Shown: positions 59,952-64,000 of the stretch, one piece after another
Layout: every line of letters starts with the position of its first letter
Position numbering within the stretch: the stretch's first letter is position 1
Source of the DNA: Alphaproteobacteria bacterium
GTDB lineage: Bacteria; Pseudomonadota; Alphaproteobacteria; SP197
Reading direction: 5' to 3'
Assembly (NCBI GenBank): GCA_964291265.2
Contig: OZ219747.1
Span: 4,320,001 to 4,384,000 of the forward strand
Length of the DNA: 64,000 bases
Translations under genes and position numbers: made by a program
The notes under the pieces: model-generated
Seen by the model: the letters and a program-made list of their open reading frames with translations, nothing else
Told to the model about the DNA's origin: nothing
Database searches by the model: none

Positions 59952-60696
59952 CGGAACAGCCGGCGCGAGCCAGTCTGCGAGGCGCCTCGTCACTCTCCCA
60001 GCTGCTGCAGAAGGCTTCGACGCCGGCCTCGATGGCGTCATCAACATGCATGCGCGCCCAGGTGCGCATCAGTCTCTTCTGGGCACGGATAGCGCGCGGT
60101 CCCGCATCAAGAATGGCGTCTGACCATGTCGCCACGACATCGGCCGGTTCCTCAGCCACGGCCTCCACCAAACCGGCGGCGCGGGCTTCGCTGGCGGTCA
60201 GCGTGCGGCCGGTGAACAGCAGTTCCGCAGCCCGACCCCAACCCATCAGCCGCGGCAGCAGGGCGGCCTCGATCACCGAGGGAATGCCGAGCCGCACCTC
60301 CGGCATGGCGAAGGTCGAGCGCCCGGAGGCGGCACGCATGTCGCAACTCGCGGCAAGTTCAAGGGCTCCGCCCAGACAGGGACCGTCGATTCTCGCGATG
60401 ACCGGAACCGGACAGTCGCGCACCGCCTGGCAGGCATCGTGCAAACAGCGGATGAACCGTTCCGCACTTGACCGTTCCAGTCGACGGAGATCCGCCAGAT
60501 CGGCGCCAGCGGAGAACGCACGGCCGGCGCCGGAGAGCACCACGCACCGGATATCGTCGTCGTCACGCAGACGGTTCAGGATGTCGATCAGTCCCCCGAG
60601 AAGGGAGAGGGAGAGAGCGTTCAGCTTGTCCGGCCGATCGAGGACAACCTCGACACGACCGCGTGCCTGACGCTGAAGATCGATGAAGCGGCTCAC
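59932..60696 (-). CDS. Enoyl-CoA hydratase/isomerase family protein
   Basis: RPDKLNAL, AFSAGADL, GGALELAASCD, MPEVRLG; GTG 60696. Confidence 0.9.
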   Translation of the reverse strand: MSRFIDLQRQARGRVEVVLDRPDKLNALSLSLLGGLIDILNRLRDDDDIRCVVLSGAGRAFSAGADLADLRRLERSSAERFIRCLHDACQAVRDCPVPVIARIDGPCLGGALELAASCDMRAASGRSTFAMPEVRLGIPSVIEAALLPRLMGWGRAAELLFTGRTLTASEARAAGLVEAVAEEPADVVATWSDAILDAGPRAIRAQKRLMRTWARMHVDDAIEAGVEAFCSSWESDEAPRRLARAGCSVKGRSA

Positions 60697-60771
60697 GTGT
60701 TTCTCCCTCAAGACGATTCGGCGACAATGATGACCCGGTGGTTGTGACACACAAACAGGGAATGGAACGCG

Positions 60772-61497
60772 ATGACAAGACTGGCGCTTGTGACCGGAGC
60801 ATCACGGGGTATCGGCAGGGGTATCGCGCACGCACTCGCTGCAGCAGGCTACCGGGTGGCGGCCAACTATCGGTCCAGTGACGATGCCGCCCGCAGCCTG
60901 ACGGAAGTACACGCCATCCCCGCCTACAAGTGGGATGTCGCTGACTACCAGGCCTCCAGGGAAGGAGTCGAGCGGGTGGTGGCCGATCACGGCGCCATCG
61001 ATATCCTGGTCAACAATGCGGGCATCTCTCCAGACCGCTTCATGCACAAGATGGGCGACGATGTCTGGCGACAGGTCATCGACACCAATCTCAACGGCTG
61101 CTTCAATGTCACCCGCCAGGTCATCGCACCCATGCGCAAGGCCGGTTTCGGACGTATCGTCAACATCGCATCACTGTCGGCCTTCGCCCCGAACCATGGC
61201 GAAACCGCCTACGGAGCCGCCAAGGGCGCCATCATCTCCTTCACCAAGGCGCTGGCGAAGGAGAGCATTGCCCGGGGAGTCACCGTCAACGCCGTGGCGC
61301 CTGGATACATCGACACGGACATGGTGCGTGTCGCTCCGCAGGACTGGCTCGACGATCTCGTCCGCCACCACATTCCGGCAGGGCGCCTCGGGCGGGTTGA
61401 GGATGTGGCGCGCTGCGTTCTCTTCCTCGTGGCCGACCAGGCCGATTTCATCACCGGCGCGACCTTGGACGTCAACGGCGGCCAGCTCATGCGGTGA
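60772..61497 (+). CDS. SDR oxidoreductase, acetoacetyl-CoA reductase (PhbB/FabG)-like
   Basis: TGASRGIG, NNAG, YGAAK, PGYIDT, NGG. Confidence 0.88.
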   Translation: MTRLALVTGASRGIGRGIAHALAAAGYRVAANYRSSDDAARSLTEVHAIPAYKWDVADYQASREGVERVVADHGAIDILVNNAGISPDRFMHKMGDDVWRQVIDTNLNGCFNVTRQVIAPMRKAGFGRIVNIASLSAFAPNHGETAYGAAKGAIISFTKALAKESIARGVTVNAVAPGYIDTDMVRVAPQDWLDDLVRHHIPAGRLGRVEDVARCVLFLVADQADFITGATLDVNGGQLMR

Positions 61498-62470
61498 CGT
61501 GCATCGATGCCAGACGCTGGTTCATGATGGCCGCGGCATCAACCATGATCCGTTCGACGAGGTCCTCCACGTGAGGGACATCATGGATCAGACCAAGGAC
61601 CTGACCGGCGGACCAGATGCCGGACTCGAGTTCGCCTTCGTCGAACAGCCTGCGTCCTTCCGCGCCGGCGACAAGCGGCGCCAATTCCTCGATGGTCACA
61701 CCGCCTGGTCTCGCTTCGAGTTCCGCCACCTTTTGCGTGACGGAGTTGCGGAAGAAGCGGGCCGTGTTGCGGAAGCTGCGCAAGATGAGCTGGGTGTCGC
61801 GTTCCGTTGCCTGAACCGCGGCCTCCTTGACCCGATCGTGAATGGCGGCTTCCCGGGTGACCATGAAACGGGTGCCCATGTTGATGCCATCCGCACCCAG
61901 GGCCAGTGCCGCCACCAGCCCGCGGCCATCGGCGAATCCACCGGATGCGATGACCGGGATGGTGATCCGGTCGACAACCACCGGGATCAGCACGAGTCCC
62001 GGCACGTCATCCTCCCCGGGATGTCCGGCGCACTCGAAACCGTCGATGGCGATGGCATCGCAGCCGATTTTCTGGGCCTTGATGGCGTGGCGCAATGACG
62101 TGCACTTATGGATGAGAAGCGCCCCGGCAGTCCTGATCCTTGGCACAAAGCGCTCCGGGTTGTTGCCCGCGGTCTCGATGATCGTGACACCGGCCTCAAG
62201 GGCCGCATCGAGGTACTCCTCGTACGGCACCGGCTTCAGCGTCGGCAGGATCGTGAGGTTGACACCGAAGGGCTGGTCGGTGGAATCGCGCAGGCGGCCT
62301 ATCTCCCGCTGCAGTTCTTCCGGGTCGGGCTGGGTGAGCGCGGTCAGGAACCCGAGAACCCCGGCTTCGCAGACGGCCGCGACAAAGGGTGCACGGCCAA
62401 CATGAGTCATGCCCCCACAACACAGGGGGTGTCTGGAACCAAAGAGCTCGGTGAAGCGTGTCTTCAGCAA
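61487..62470 (-). CDS. Nitronate monooxygenase / FabK-like flavin oxidoreductase
   Basis: PFGVNL, ETAG, DGFECAGHPG, ASGGFADGRG, MGTRF, SAGQ; TTG start after GGAGGAGG. Confidence 0.9.
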   Translation of the reverse strand: MLKTRFTELFGSRHPLCCGGMTHVGRAPFVAAVCEAGVLGFLTALTQPDPEELQREIGRLRDSTDQPFGVNLTILPTLKPVPYEEYLDAALEAGVTIIETAGNNPERFVPRIRTAGALLIHKCTSLRHAIKAQKIGCDAIAIDGFECAGHPGEDDVPGLVLIPVVVDRITIPVIASGGFADGRGLVAALALGADGINMGTRFMVTREAAIHDRVKEAAVQATERDTQLILRSFRNTARFFRNSVTQKVAELEARPGGVTIEELAPLVAGAEGRRLFDEGELESGIWSAGQVLGLIHDVPHVEDLVERIMVDAAAIMNQRLASMHVTA

Positions 62471-62493
62471 CGAAGCCTCCTCCACATGGTGCC

Positions 62494-64000
62494 TCATGCC
62501 CGATCGGGCAGGGTTTCATCGAACTGCAACCGGGCAAGCCGCGCATAGCGGCCGTCGGCCGTCACGAGTTCTTCATGGCGACCGCTTTCGACGATCTGTC
62601 CCTCGTGCAGAACGATGATCCGGTCGGCCTTGAGGACGGTCGCCAGCCTGTGGGCAATGACCAGGGTTGTCCTCCCCGACATCAAGGTCTTCAGAGCTTT
62701 CTGAACTTGCCGTTCGCTTTCAGCATCAAGGGCGCTGGTCGCCTCGTCGAGAAGCAGCAGGGGCGCATCCTTCAGGATCGCCCGGGCAATGGCGATCCGT
62801 TGACGTTCGCCGACCGAAAGACGCGTTCCGCGTTCTCCGACAAAGGTGTCGTAGCCTTCCGCGAGGCGTTCGATGAACCCGGCAGCAAAGGCACTTCGGG
62901 CGGCGGCACGGACTTCACTCAAGGTCGCCCCGGGCCTGCCATAGCGGATGTTGTCGGCAATCGAGGCGCCGAAGATCACCGGCTCCTGGGGAACGAGGGC
63001 CATGCGCTGCCTCAGGCTGGCGACGGGGGCCTTTCGGACATCGACGCCATCCACGGAAACGGTGCCCTCCTGTGGGTCGTGGAATCGCAGGAGGAGACGA
63101 AACAGCGTGCTTTTTCCGGAGCCTGATTGCCCGACCAGGGCCACGGTCTCGTCACATTCGACTTCGAACGAGACACCGTTGAGGGCCGGTTCGTCGGGAC
63201 GTGCGTCGTAGCGGAAGACGACATCGCGAACATTGACGATACCCTGCGGCGGCTCAGGCAATGCCACTGGATTCGCCGACTCGCGTATGTCCGACCGCAC
63301 TTCGATCAATTCACTCAGGCGTTCCGCTGCGCCAGCGGCCCTCTGGAGTTCGCCCCAGATTTCACTCAGCACGCCGGCAGCGGCCGCCACGATCACCGCG
63401 TAGAAGACGAACGACGCCAGGTGTCCGCCACTGATGCGACCGGCAACGACGTCATGGCCTCCCATCCACAGGACGCCGGCAATCCCGCCGAACAGCAACA
63501 GGATGACACTGGAGAACAGGAAACTGCGGGCCGTGATGCGCCGCACCGCCGTGTGAAACGCCATCTCGACCGTATCGCCGAAACGCTGTCGCTCGAACGT
63601 CTCGCGGACGAAAGCCTGCACGGTGGGAACGGCATGCAGTGTTTCATCAACCCGGTGGCCGACATCGGCAAGGCGATCCTGTGACAGCCGTGACAGGCGG
63701 CGCACCCGGCGGCCAAACACCAGGACCGGCATCAGCACAACCGGCACCATGAGAACCACGATGGCTGTCAGCCGGGCGCTCGTCACTGCCAGCATGGTCG
63801 TGCCGCCGGCCAGCAGCAGGACATTGCGCAAGGCCATGGACACCGATGATCCGACCACCGTCTGCAGGATGGATGTATCCGTCACAAGCCTGGAATGCAC
63901 CTCGCCGATGCGGGTCACTTCGAAGAAGGTCGGCGACATGGCGATCATCCTGTCGAAGACGTCCCGGCGCAGATCCGCCACCACGCGTTCACCGATCCAG
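62494..64000 (-). CDS. MsbA-like ABC exporter, fused permease/ATPase (5' part beyond the window)
   Basis: TM domain, GQSGSGKST, LSVGERQRIAIARA, LDEATSALD, IAHRL. Confidence 0.92.
   Translation of the reverse strand, partial: WIGERVVADLRRDVFDRMIAMSPTFFEVTRIGEVHSRLVTDTSILQTVVGSSVSMALRNVLLLAGGTTMLAVTSARLTAIVVLMVPVVLMPVLVFGRRVRRLSRLSQDRLADVGHRVDETLHAVPTVQAFVRETFERQRFGDTVEMAFHTAVRRITARSFLFSSVILLLFGGIAGVLWMGGHDVVAGRISGGHLASFVFYAVIVAAAAGVLSEIWGELQRAAGAAERLSELIEVRSDIRESANPVALPEPPQGIVNVRDVVFRYDARPDEPALNGVSFEVECDETVALVGQSGSGKSTLFRLLLRFHDPQEGTVSVDGVDVRKAPVASLRQRMALVPQEPVIFGASIADNIRYGRPGATLSEVRAAARSAFAAGFIERLAEGYDTFVGERGTRLSVGERQRIAIARAILKDAPLLLLDEATSALDAESERQVQKALKTLMSGRTTLVIAHRLATVLKADRIIVLHEGQIVESGRHEELVTADGRYARLARLQFDETLPDRA

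Overview
GC-rich alphaproteobacterial chromosomal segment (Rhodospirillales-like gene order; the taxonomy is inferred). The housekeeping backbone comprises apt, mtnP, a Dyp peroxidase, a YcaQ-like glycosylase, class I lysS, dinG, ygfA, 6S RNA, zapA, tkt-gap-pgk, efp, suhB, a MotA/OmpA-like pair and fatty-acyl/redox enzymes. Two accessory blocks interrupt it. (1) About 8.0-23.6 kb: a LysR-associated catabolic cluster with a PotABCD-type ABC importer, hydantoinase/oxoprolinase A+B, two LamB/YcsF (PxpA) paralogues and a split biotin-carboxylase/BCCP/PxpB/PxpC module, interrupted by a decayed IS1634-like relic. (2) About 37.4-55.6 kb: a defence island between pgk and efp. It carries a frameshifted HTH regulator; a translationally coupled SNF2-helicase/DUF3883 nuclease + DUF1156 adenine methylase + DUF499 ATPase operon; a truncated OLD-type ATPase; an AlbA/Schlafen-HATPase protein; and an effector-less pair of STAND-like ATPases, one with about ten 43-aa TPR-like repeats, behind a near-consensus sigma70 promoter overlapped by tandem CAAC-N6-GTTG palindromes. 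ISAs1 and IS1634 relics punctuate the island. No CRISPR array, tRNA or rRNA was seen. All family calls come from motif recognition by eye; no database searches were run.
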